Source of the DNA: an uncultured Alphaproteobacteria bacterium
GTDB lineage: Bacteria > Pseudomonadota > Alphaproteobacteria > RF32 > CAG-239
Reading direction: 5' to 3'
NCBI GenBank assembly: GCA_944391345.1
Contig: CALXTE010000007.1
Location: 2,765-66,764 of the forward strand
Length of the DNA stretch: 64,000 bases
Of this stretch, positions 48,528 to 56,465 are shown one piece after another. The translations under genes and the position numbers were made by a program. The notes below the pieces were generated by a model. That model saw only the letters and a list, made by a program, of their open reading frames with translations. It searched no databases and was not told the DNA's origin. The stretch's first letter is position 1; the number at the start of each line of letters is the position of its first letter.

Positions 48528-49460
48528 ATGAATAAAAATTTCAAATATACGCTTCTTTCATTTGTCAGTTTGTTGATATTTTCTACAGAAATATCCGCCA
48601 AAACAGCTCCTAGTTTTGATTGTAACAAGGACTCGACAGAGGTTGAAAAAATATTACCTCCACACTGTACGGATACATCCGTGGAATCTCCTAAATCACT
48701 CCCTGTTTTTAGTTGTACTAAAGAGAAATGTACTAAAATTCCCAATAAATTAAGCTTGTTAACTGTTTTATCAAATAGTAATGAGAAAAATAAAAGTCAA
48801 AAAATTGTAAAGATGTTAGAACTTGGTGGAGATGTTAATGAAGAAGATGCTACAGGTTGGACACCTTTATATTTTGTGCTTTTTTATGCATTAGATGATG
48901 AATATACTTCAACTACAAAAACATTATTATCTCACGGTGCAAATATAAATTATATAAACCAAGTAACAGATAACACTTTAGTTGCAGCCATAAGTTCTAA
49001 TTGCAATGAAGTATCCTTAAAGCAGTTAGAGGTATTGCATATACATGGGTTTAATTTAAATACGAGAATATTCAGTCCAAAAGAATATTATGGAGAAAAT
49101 CCAACCTTACTCATGTCCTTAATTAGTTCAGCTCTACACAATAAAAAATGTATAGAAAAAGTAAAATATTTACTTAATCAAGATGTGGATGTTAACGCTA
49201 TTAATTATGTTCATGAATATGAAGACCATAAAACAGTAGAAGACGCTAATGCTCTATTTTATGTCTTAGATTTTAATAACAAAACTCAAAAGATTGATCC
49301 TAAAGTTGTCTTAGAGATAACACAATTACTCGTCCATAAGGGAATTAATAAAAATTTTGTTAATAGCCATGGTCATGATGCGCTATATTTCCTTAACAAG
49401 AATGAAGTATTAAAGAGAAGTCCTCAATACATGACATTAAAAGAACTATTAATAGAATAG
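48528..49460 (+). CDS. secreted ankyrin-repeat protein
   Basis: Start at MNKNFKY (ATG 48528, GGAGG upstream). Signal peptide. Ankyrin-type repeats (GWTPLYFVL, LLSHGANINY, LLNQDVDVNAIN, LVHKGINKNFVNSHGHDALYF). Confidence 0.7.
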   Translation: MNKNFKYTLLSFVSLLIFSTEISAKTAPSFDCNKDSTEVEKILPPHCTDTSVESPKSLPVFSCTKEKCTKIPNKLSLLTVLSNSNEKNKSQKIVKMLELGGDVNEEDATGWTPLYFVLFYALDDEYTSTTKTLLSHGANINYINQVTDNTLVAAISSNCNEVSLKQLEVLHIHGFNLNTRIFSPKEYYGENPTLLMSLISSALHNKKCIEKVKYLLNQDVDVNAINYVHEYEDHKTVEDANALFYVLDFNNKTQKIDPKVVLEITQLLVHKGINKNFVNSHGHDALYFLNKNEVLKRSPQYMTLKELLIE

Positions 49461-49672
49461 AGAATATTATAAAAATTTTTAAACAAATTGCAGATTAAAA
49501 TCCAAAAAAGTTCATAATATGGCAAATTTTTCTTTTCAAGATGTAAAAACATACTCCAAAAAATGTTATCTTTTTAGGGGGCTCCTAGTCGAACCGCTTC
49601 CTCCGCGGTTCGAGAACTCTATATGCGTTATCATCATAAAAAAAGCCTCCACAAGGGAGGCCTTTTTTACGA

Positions 49673-49748
49673 TGGTGCCGACAGAGAGACTTGAACTCCC
49701 GACCCACTGATTACAAATCAGTAGCTCTACCAACTGAGCTATGTCGGC
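49673..49748 (-). tRNA. tRNA-Thr (anticodon UGU), CCA encoded
   Basis: The minus strand folds as a cloverleaf: GCCGACA-TA-GCTC-AGTTGGTA-GAGC-T-ACTGA-TTTGTAA-TCAGT-GGGTC-GGGAG-TTCAAGT-CTCTC-TGTCGGC-A-CCA (76 nt). Terminator hairpin immediately 3'. Confidence 0.9.
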
Positions 49749-49813
49749 AACAACAGAAAAACTTATAACCTAGAGAAAATCTGTTGTCAACAAAAAAATA
49801 TCAATCAAGCAAG

Positions 49814-51256
49814 CTACTTGCTTTTGCCATTTTTAAGAGAATAAAGCTTACGCATATCTGCCAAAGATATCTTTTTAACATGTTCTAACTTTTTAGCAAC
49901 ATCGGCCTTTTCTTCACCCTCCGGCAATCTATTTAACAGTTTGCCATAAACAATCTCTTGAATTCTTGCCTTAGCAACTGCCGAAATGTTTGCTTTTTTA
50001 GCCTCAGTCAAAGCCTTATGATAATAACTCAAATCATGCGTTTTATCCGTAATGGAAGACAACGCCATACAACGCTCTGCACCCTTAAGAAATTTAAGGG
50101 CTATAACGGTTTTGGTATTTTTCCAATCATCCTTTCGGCCCAAATTGCGCTGCATTTCAGAGATTCGTTTCAAAACATGAATACGAGAATCTTTTGGGGA
50201 ATAGCGATAAGCATCCATAAGATGATGAAGCGCTTTTTCACCTGAAATTTTTTTATCACTGTTTTGCGTCAAAAAGCCGATTCTTGTTGCACGAGATGTA
50301 TAAATATCGGCCAAAGCCAAATTAATTTGGCATTTCTCACTTTTGTCTTTAGCCGAAGACAAAGCATGTTTATAAGCACGCAACACAATTTTATCATTTG
50401 GATCAGACAAACGCCCCTGACAATAAGAAATAAGCTTATAATCTGAAGAATAGGTCAAAGCCTTACGCAAACAATTAAGCTCCATATCTTTTGCGGGACC
50501 GAAATCGGCTTTTTCCAAACGCATCCGATAATACATCTTAGAGGCAATATAATTTATTTTAGCCTTATTTTCTGCCGAAAGGTCTGGCTCAAATTGATTT
50601 AATTGCTCCAAAATTTTTGCTGTGTTATAATTATTAACATCTTTTTCCGGATTTGTAGCATAATCTCTGGCTTCGGCAATTGTTTTTCCTAAGCCAAGCA
50701 ACGGCTGCAAAGCCTCAACATTGGCAAGACGTTCATGAATATGCGGAATAACCGAAGTATTTCCGTTTTGTTTGGCCAAAGCCGCCATATAAACAAAGTC
50801 ATCATCTTTAAAATGACAAACTTTTAAAAGACTTTTATAAGCATCATCAACTTTTTCTTCCAAAAACTCGGATGCAACATTATCGCAATAAAAACCGATA
50901 AGAAGCCCATAAGCAGCCTCTGTTAATTCTTGCGGATTATCTTTCAGCTTAGGATCATCTTCAAGACAAGCGTCTAAAACCTCAGTATAATAGTCATGAT
51001 TATTTTCAATAAAATCATTCAAAAACAGATATTTGAATTCGTCATTTGAAAGGGGTTCCGGCGCTTTTAGCACAACAGTTTGCTGCGCCTCGTTCTCGGC
51101 ACTCTGATTAGCCTGCCCTTCTTGCACCCCATTTTCAGTACTCTGAGTAGTCTGTTTCTGCTGATTTTCTTCTATGGCAGAAAGAATCTCTTTTCCTTCA
51201 TTATTTTGTGTATTTTTATCTATTTGATTATTATTTTTTGTCATGTCTGCCTCCAC
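49814..51256 (-). CDS. hypothetical protein (Q/N/E-rich N-terminus, helical-repeat-like remainder)
   Basis: 480-aa ORF with coding-like composition. No confident domain. Confidence 0.5.
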   Translation of the reverse strand: MEADMTKNNNQIDKNTQNNEGKEILSAIEENQQKQTTQSTENGVQEGQANQSAENEAQQTVVLKAPEPLSNDEFKYLFLNDFIENNHDYYTEVLDACLEDDPKLKDNPQELTEAAYGLLIGFYCDNVASEFLEEKVDDAYKSLLKVCHFKDDDFVYMAALAKQNGNTSVIPHIHERLANVEALQPLLGLGKTIAEARDYATNPEKDVNNYNTAKILEQLNQFEPDLSAENKAKINYIASKMYYRMRLEKADFGPAKDMELNCLRKALTYSSDYKLISYCQGRLSDPNDKIVLRAYKHALSSAKDKSEKCQINLALADIYTSRATRIGFLTQNSDKKISGEKALHHLMDAYRYSPKDSRIHVLKRISEMQRNLGRKDDWKNTKTVIALKFLKGAERCMALSSITDKTHDLSYYHKALTEAKKANISAVAKARIQEIVYGKLLNRLPEGEEKADVAKKLEHVKKISLADMRKLYSLKNGKSK

Positions 51257-51363
51257 AAATGTAGAGGAATAATAAAAGCGCTAAGCCAAATTGTCAAGAA
51301 TTATGTCCAAAAAAAAGAGCATTTTTCTAAGAATGCTCTTTTAACAAAACGCGCCGTAAAAAA

Positions 51364-51984
51364 CTAAGAAGCTTTTTTATCAACACCTTTGGTTTTTTCT
51401 TGCAAATTTTTAATCAAACCGGCCACCCCGTCAGGAGACTGCTTAATAAACGCTGTATACTCATTACGAGCAGTTATCGCCAAGCTGACATTTTCAATAA
51501 TGATATCAACGATTTTGAACTCATTTCCAGTCTGTTTAACCCGCCAAACAACCTTTGCCGGTTCACCCTGCTCCATCGGCACGGTAGAATTTACAAAAAT
51601 CTGATTTGCAGAATTTGAGGCATCGGTTCCTTTGAAAATAAAATTACGCCCCTTAAACTCATCAAAACGCTTTGACCAGGTCTGAACATTCAATTCCCGA
51701 TAAGCATCGATAAATTCCTGACGCTGTTCAGGAGTAGCGGTGCGCCAATAACGCCCCAACACAAACTGCCCGATAAACTGGATATCCAAAGCACTGTTAA
51801 ACAGCTTAGCAAAGCGTTTGTCTTTCTCGGCCTGTGAGATATTTGCATTAATAATATTTTCAATACCGTCTTCGGTCACACCTTTGACAAAGGCCTCAGC
51901 TTTAGCAGCATCAACCGCAGCCTGCGCCGCAAAGGCCCAAACACAAGACAAAGCAGCAACCAAAGATAATAAAATTTTTTTCAT
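51364..51984 (-). CDS. mlaC: phospholipid-binding periplasmic protein MlaC (Ttg2D family)
   Basis: Start at MKKILLSL (AGGAG 9 nt upstream). Signal peptide. Family-typical FIGQFVLGRYWR segment. Adjacent to mlaA. Confidence 0.75.
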   Translation of the reverse strand: MKKILLSLVAALSCVWAFAAQAAVDAAKAEAFVKGVTEDGIENIINANISQAEKDKRFAKLFNSALDIQFIGQFVLGRYWRTATPEQRQEFIDAYRELNVQTWSKRFDEFKGRNFIFKGTDASNSANQIFVNSTVPMEQGEPAKVVWRVKQTGNEFKIVDIIIENVSLAITARNEYTAFIKQSPDGVAGLIKNLQEKTKGVDKKAS

Positions 51985-52005
51985 AAAGTCCAACTCCTAA
52001 AAAAA

Positions 52006-52779
52006 TTATTCAATGTCAAAATCAAAATCATAACTGGCTGTCGGATTTGCATCTTCATCAGAAGCACCACAGCCCATATTTTTACGATTTTGCAAATAAG
52101 CAGAACGAACGGCGGTGTAATAATCAACCGAGTTTCTTTCCAAATCGTTCAAGAAATCCATATTAGCTTCCATAATGGTAATCGCCTGCAAAGCCGCATA
52201 AGCATAAGTTGCTTTATCGCTGACATTTGCATCATGACGCGTCCCCCAATATACCGGATCAAACACAAAGCCCAAGCCCATACCGACGGTAGAGCGTGGT
52301 GTAGCAGAACCGATAAGCGGCAAGACCAAATACGGCCCGTCAGGAATGCACCATTTAGCAAAAGTTTCATCAAAACCGGTCGTTTTCTTTTTCAAGCCCC
52401 ATCCTTCGGCCACATCAAACAGCCCAAACAAGCCGAGTGTAGAATTAATGGCAAAGCGAGCAAGTGTAATACCCGATTCTTTCAAATTCCCTTGCAACAA
52501 AAAGTTTCCGGTAGAAAGGGGCTCACGAATATTGTCCAAAGAATTTCGCACACTGCGGCGAACAGACGGTGTCGTAACATAACGATATCCGCGTGCAACC
52601 GGCATCAATAAATAGTGGTAAAAATAATTGTTAAAATCAAACATGGCGCGGTTATAACTTTCCAACACACTATTTTCGCGCGTTTGATCAAAAGCGTCAC
52701 CCTCAGGCTCAGACGCATAAGATTGTCCGACAATCAAATTAAAGGCCAAAGCAAGTCCAAGCAGCAGCTTTTTATTCAC
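52006..52779 (-). CDS. mlaA: MlaA/VacJ family outer-membrane lipid asymmetry protein
   Basis: Probable GTG start at 52779 (GGAAAGG upstream). NRAMFDFNNYFY..PVARGYRYV and STLGLFGLFDVA are typical of VacJ. Confidence 0.8.
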   Translation of the reverse strand: MNKKLLLGLALAFNLIVGQSYASEPEGDAFDQTRENSVLESYNRAMFDFNNYFYHYLLMPVARGYRYVTTPSVRRSVRNSLDNIREPLSTGNFLLQGNLKESGITLARFAINSTLGLFGLFDVAEGWGLKKKTTGFDETFAKWCIPDGPYLVLPLIGSATPRSTVGMGLGFVFDPVYWGTRHDANVSDKATYAYAALQAITIMEANMDFLNDLERNSVDYYTAVRSAYLQNRKNMGCGASDEDANPTASYDFDFDIE

Positions 52780-52880
52780 GGTTATATCCTTTCCTCTGTA
52801 CAACAAGAAATTCTTTCATTACATATAACGTATAAAGTTTGTTTTATCAACAACAAAAAAGCTTATCAAGGAAAAAAAAC

Positions 52881-53648
52881 ATGAATATATTTCACCTATC
52901 AGACATTCACTACGACCCTAAAAATCAAGAAGGCATTAGAAAATTACAAAAAATAATTCAAAACATAAATGAGCAAATCACAAAGCCTGACGTTGTTGTC
53001 ATCACCGGTGACTTAGTCTGGAAATGCAACAAAGAATTTTATGCTCCTTGCTTCAAAGAATTAAACAAATTGCAAGCCCCCTACCTTGTCATCACCGGCA
53101 ACCACGATGATTCGCAAGATTTGCAAAACGCGTTGAAACAATTTGCGCCCTCTCATCCACAATCAGAAGATAACCGCAAGCTACAATATGTCTGCGACAA
53201 ATTTCCGGTTCGTATTATCGGGCTTGATACATTTAAAGCAAACATCGGTGGCGGAGATTTAAGCGAGGAAAGCCGTCTCTGGCTGGAACAAAAACTTGCG
53301 GATAACTCCGAAGGTAAACCGACCATCATCTTAATTCATCAATACACATTACCCACCGGATCAGGATTTTTTGACCGCAACGCCGCCCCTTGGTATAAGA
53401 AATTTAATCAAATAATAGAAAAGCACAAAGACACGGTCAAACTCGTGCTATGCGGCCATCTGCACAATTCGCTGAGCTCACAAATATCCACCGTTCCGAT
53501 AATCTCCGGTTTTAGCACCAACTGGGGCGAAGAATTGCTTAATCCGTCCAATTCCGACCCCAAAAGAGATTTCAAACGCCCGCTGTCTTACTTAATTCAC
53601 CGCTGGGAAAATGGGCGCTTTACCACTTATGTCGCCGAACTGAGCTAA
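52881..53648 (+). CDS. metallophosphoesterase (calcineurin-like, CpdA-type)
   Basis: Start at MNIFHLSDIHYD. GDLV, GNHD and GHLH motifs. Confidence 0.8.
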   Translation: MNIFHLSDIHYDPKNQEGIRKLQKIIQNINEQITKPDVVVITGDLVWKCNKEFYAPCFKELNKLQAPYLVITGNHDDSQDLQNALKQFAPSHPQSEDNRKLQYVCDKFPVRIIGLDTFKANIGGGDLSEESRLWLEQKLADNSEGKPTIILIHQYTLPTGSGFFDRNAAPWYKKFNQIIEKHKDTVKLVLCGHLHNSLSSQISTVPIISGFSTNWGEELLNPSNSDPKRDFKRPLSYLIHRWENGRFTTYVAELS

Positions 53649-53741
53649 ATTTGTTACAATGTCGAAATCTTTTGTGTTTTGCCAAGCAAATTTTTTTGCT
53701 CTAATATCCGAAACAGTTAAAACATTTATGAGGAAAATAAA

Positions 53742-54902
53742 ATGACTACAAAACCTGCAAAACCGATTATGCTTTTTGATTGCAAAACATCTCAAAAAGT
53801 TTTCGGCAGAGAAAACCTTATGAAAGCCTTTGAAAAAATTTTGGATCACGGCGGCTATTGCCAAGGACCGGAAACCAAAGAACTTGATGAAAAATTGGCA
53901 GCTTATTGCGGCGCCAAATATTGCTCGACCTGCGGTTCCGGCACAGATGCCTTAACTTTGGCCTTAATGGCTTGGGGCGTAAAACCCGGAGATGCCGTAT
54001 TTGTATCTTCTTTCACCTTTGTTGCCTCAGCCGAAGCACCGGTTTTGCTCGGTGCCACCCCGATATTCGTTGACTCTGATCCGAATACCTACAATATGGA
54101 TCCGGAAGATTTGCAACGCGCAATTAATGAAGTCAAAAAAGAAGGCAAGCTTAACTTAAAAGCCGTTGTAGCTGTTGATATTTTCGGTTCTCCTTGCGAC
54201 TATGACAAGATTATCAAAATCGCTCATGACAACGGCATGAAGGTTTTGGCCGATTCTTGCCAGGCATTTGGCTCTGTTTACAAAGGCAAACACGCCGGAA
54301 ACATTGCCGACATGACCGCCACATCTTTCTACCCGACCAAACCGCTCGGCGGCTATGGCGACGGTGGCGCAACTTTCTCTAATACCAATGAAGAGAACGA
54401 ACTGGTAAAATCTTGCCGCGTTCACGGCATGAGCCCCGAAGACCACTACGACAATGTTCGCTTGGGCATGACCGGCCGTATGAACACCTTCCAAGCAGCC
54501 GTACTATTACAAAAATTAACAATTCTGGATCAAGAATTGAAAGATCGTTTCAGAGTAGCATCTCGCTATGACAACGAACTTGATTCTTACTTCGGCAAAC
54601 AAAAGATTTTGGATGGCTGCAAATCGGCTTATGCACTTTACACCATCACCTGCCCTGACAGAGATGAGTTAATGGCTTATCTGAAAGATAATGGCATTCC
54701 TTGCGGTGCATATTATCCACGTCCGGTAAACACTCAAACCGCTTATGCAAAGTGGAACACCCGCAGCGTTCCGGTTTGTGAAAAATTATCCAAGACCGCA
54801 TTGTCTATCCCGATGACTCCGTATTTGGATAACGAAGATCTTGACTACATCATCAAGACCATGAACGAGTTTGCCGCTCAGAAAAAAGCCAAAGCCGCAT
54901 AA
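53742..54902 (+). CDS. DegT/DnrJ/EryC1/StrS family PLP-dependent sugar aminotransferase
   Basis: 386 aa. SFYPTKPLGGYGDGGA lysine region and overall family pattern. Confidence 0.85.
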   Translation: MTTKPAKPIMLFDCKTSQKVFGRENLMKAFEKILDHGGYCQGPETKELDEKLAAYCGAKYCSTCGSGTDALTLALMAWGVKPGDAVFVSSFTFVASAEAPVLLGATPIFVDSDPNTYNMDPEDLQRAINEVKKEGKLNLKAVVAVDIFGSPCDYDKIIKIAHDNGMKVLADSCQAFGSVYKGKHAGNIADMTATSFYPTKPLGGYGDGGATFSNTNEENELVKSCRVHGMSPEDHYDNVRLGMTGRMNTFQAAVLLQKLTILDQELKDRFRVASRYDNELDSYFGKQKILDGCKSAYALYTITCPDRDELMAYLKDNGIPCGAYYPRPVNTQTAYAKWNTRSVPVCEKLSKTALSIPMTPYLDNEDLDYIIKTMNEFAAQKKAKAA

Positions 54903-54922
54903 AAAGCAGCTTGTAAAATATC

Positions 54923-54961
54923 AAATCCCTCTTTGAGAATTTTCAAAGAGGGATTTTTTTT
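54923..54961 (+). terminator. intrinsic terminator
   Basis: AAATCCCTCTTTGA-gaatt-TTCAAAGAGGGATTT followed by a T run. Confidence 0.75.
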
Positions 54962-54978
54962 GACCTTTATCGACAACG

Positions 54979-55029
54979 TTATCCCCAGAAAATTTTTGCA
55001 TTTATTCACAAAAACAAGGCTTTTCCACA
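54979..55029 (+). promoter_or_regulatory. three co-oriented DnaA-box-like 9-mers
   Basis: TTATCCCCA (54979), TTATTCACA (55002) and TTTTCCACA (55021). The last two fit TTWTNCACA exactly. Located just upstream of the first leader module. Confidence 0.3.
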
Positions 55030-55036
55030 GGCTGCG

Positions 55037-55459
55037 ATTTGATTAAAATATTAAAATATGCTAATATAATCTCTGCGACTACTGGACTATGACTTTAATT
55101 TTGTAATTTTTTCATAGAGGTGCAGTCAATGGATATGTATAATAAATTTCAGTCGCCGCTTGGTTATCAGACCGGTGAAGGTCAGATTGACAGCTATGGC
55201 GTCGATCACAGCGGCTTTTCTACCCGTGATGAGTTGGAATATCAATTTACAAGACAAGGTAAAAATTAGTTTCAGCCCCGAAAACACCCATCTAAGCAAC
55301 GCGACTTCTTGTCCCAATCAGAAAACAGCCAAGTGATGCCCGCGGGGGCTCCCCGCTCCTCAATATGGTACTAATTTCTGGGGCAATTCTGACAATAACT
55401 ATGGCTTTGGTTCTTCAAATATTCACGACAATATTGAGAATAGCGAGAACCAAACTGAA
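55037..55459 (+). repeat. leader module copy A (promoter + 46-codon ORF + gap + N/G/S-rich linker)
   Basis: 423 bp, 415/423 (98%) identical to 57503..57925. Contains TATAAT at 55065-55070 and AGAGG-N8-ATG at 55129. Confidence 0.95.
55129..55269 (+). CDS. 46-codon leader ORF (MDMYNKFQSPLGYQTGEGQIDSYGVDHSGFSTRDELEYQFTRQGKN), possibly the N-terminus of the toxin
   Basis: Good RBS (AGAGG) and ATG. Ends at TAG 55267-55269. Identical copy at 57595..57735. Too short for the ORF track. Confidence 0.45.
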   Translation: MDMYNKFQSPLGYQTGEGQIDSYGVDHSGFSTRDELEYQFTRQGKN

Positions 55460-55993
55460 CAGAGTTATGAGTTGGAAAACAGTAACACACCCCAATGGGG
55501 ACTGAACAACACAGCTTTAGTGCAAAATAATAATGCGTATCTTGATTTTAATGGGAAGGAATTACTTTGGCATCAAAATAATAAGGTAACTAATTCTTGG
55601 AAAGCGATGTCGGGGCAGCCTGATTATCAATGTAAAGAATATGACCGCGTAAAAAATAAAGGTCCATTACCAGAAGGAAAATGGTTGGTAAGACAATCTC
55701 AACATCAGAATTATGACCAAACTCAAACGATATGGGACAAATTAAAAAATAATCTTGGAAGAGGTGAATGGAGAGGTGGAAAAGCTTCTTGGGGAAACAA
55801 CCGCATTTGGTTGGAACCAGCGACTGGAACAGATAATAAAGGCCGCACAGGCCTCTCTATTCATGGTGGTAAAGAGTATGGTTCTGGTGGATGTATTGAT
55901 TTAACAGATAAGATGGATGATTTCACCGATAAATTTAAGAGATATGGACAAGATATGATTCTTAATGTAAAATATGATAAAGATTGTTGGTGA
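55337..55993 (+). CDS. Tlde1/DUF2778-like (L,D-transpeptidase-fold) toxin module A; frame open from 55337, no canonical start before TTG 55472
   Basis: AMSGQPDY...NKGPLPEGKW...RIWLEP...GLSIHGG..YGSGGCIDL matches the DUF2778/Tlde1 pattern (SG...GPIPxGxY...IHGG...S.GCI). The upstream N/G/S-rich linker is shared with the other modules. Confidence 0.6.
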   Translation, partial: CPRGLPAPQYGTNFWGNSDNNYGFGSSNIHDNIENSENQTEQSYELENSNTPQWGLNNTALVQNNNAYLDFNGKELLWHQNNKVTNSWKAMSGQPDYQCKEYDRVKNKGPLPEGKWLVRQSQHQNYDQTQTIWDKLKNNLGRGEWRGGKASWGNNRIWLEPATGTDNKGRTGLSIHGGKEYGSGGCIDLTDKMDDFTDKFKRYGQDMILNVKYDKDCW

Positions 55994-56056
55994 TTTTTAT
56001 TGTATTTTGGATAAATGCTCAATATACTAAAAGCAAATTTAACCGAAGGTGTAATT

Positions 56057-56377
56057 ATGAAAAGAATTAAGCTGATACCTTTTTATCTCCTATTAGCTTT
56101 AAACGGATTTATAATTTTTATATATACTATAACATATCCAAAAGAAATGAGCAGCGACCAAATGCCTTGGAACTCTGAGGCTTTAGGTTGGGCATATGAA
56201 AACAAAATTAATTATACCATTTTTACAATAATAGATATGCTGATAATAATTGCTCCTTCGGTTTATGCTTGGAAGAGCCATAAAACAAATCTGGTAAAAT
56301 CCTATATAGTACTATCCATTCCTGCTTTTGTTTATCTTATACGCTATATATATTTTACTAACTTTTTTAACATATAA
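56057..56377 (+). CDS. small three-TM membrane protein, putative cognate immunity A
   Basis: Start at MKRIKLIPFY (ATG 56057, GAAGG upstream). Immediately follows toxin A. Homologous to 57140..57496 (YP...SEA(L/M)..A motif, same TM topology). Confidence 0.55.
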   Translation: MKRIKLIPFYLLLALNGFIIFIYTITYPKEMSSDQMPWNSEALGWAYENKINYTIFTIIDMLIIIAPSVYAWKSHKTNLVKSYIVLSIPAFVYLIRYIYFTNFFNI

Positions 56378-56392
56378 ATATATCATAAAGTA

Positions 56393-56465
56393 CAAACTTT
56401 TGAGGTAATTCTGACAATAACTATGGCTTTGGTTCTTCAAATATTCACGACAATATTGAGAATAG
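56393..56465 (+). repeat. partial linker homology block B (recombination handle of the orphan cassette)
   Basis: 56404..56465 matches 55382..55443 at 61/62 positions and 57848..57909 at 62/62. The W codon TGG of copies A and C is TGA here (56401-56403). Confidence 0.9.

Larger units (their letters stand above)
46436..49672. mobile_element. degenerate integrated islet at tRNA-Thr (no integrase retained)
   Basis: Bounded by the intact tRNA-Thr and its 47-nt 3' duplicate. Markedly more AT-rich than its flanks. Cargo is unrelated to neighbouring housekeeping genes. Confidence 0.6.

Noticed and set aside
49519-49710. 63-aa ORF overlapping the tRNA-Thr gene and its terminator
   Set aside because: It runs through a tRNA and a terminator hairpin and has no RBS. 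Spurious.
54979-55029. Chromosomal replication origin based on DnaA boxes
   Set aside because: There are only three boxes, with no adjacent AT-rich unwinding repeats or typical origin-flanking genes. They are reported only as a possible regulatory cluster.
55258-55275. GGTAAAAATTAGTTTCAG around the leader stop looks like a GT...AG mini-intron
   Set aside because: Bacteria lack spliceosomal introns, and removing this stretch does not join the leader frame to the toxin frame. Coincidental.
55126-55317. Identical 63-aa minus-strand ORFs at 55126..55317 and 57592..57783
   Set aside because: They are antisense shadows of the duplicated leader module. They have no RBS, and their identity is explained by the 423-bp repeat itself.
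55334-55336. Alternative genetic code (TGA as sense) to explain the in-frame TGA before the toxin frame
   Set aside because: TGA terminates well-defined genes in the same window at the expected protein ends (hydG at 36071-36073, toxin A at 55991-55993, immunity B). A global reassignment is therefore unlikely. Local recoding remains possible and is reported as a finding.
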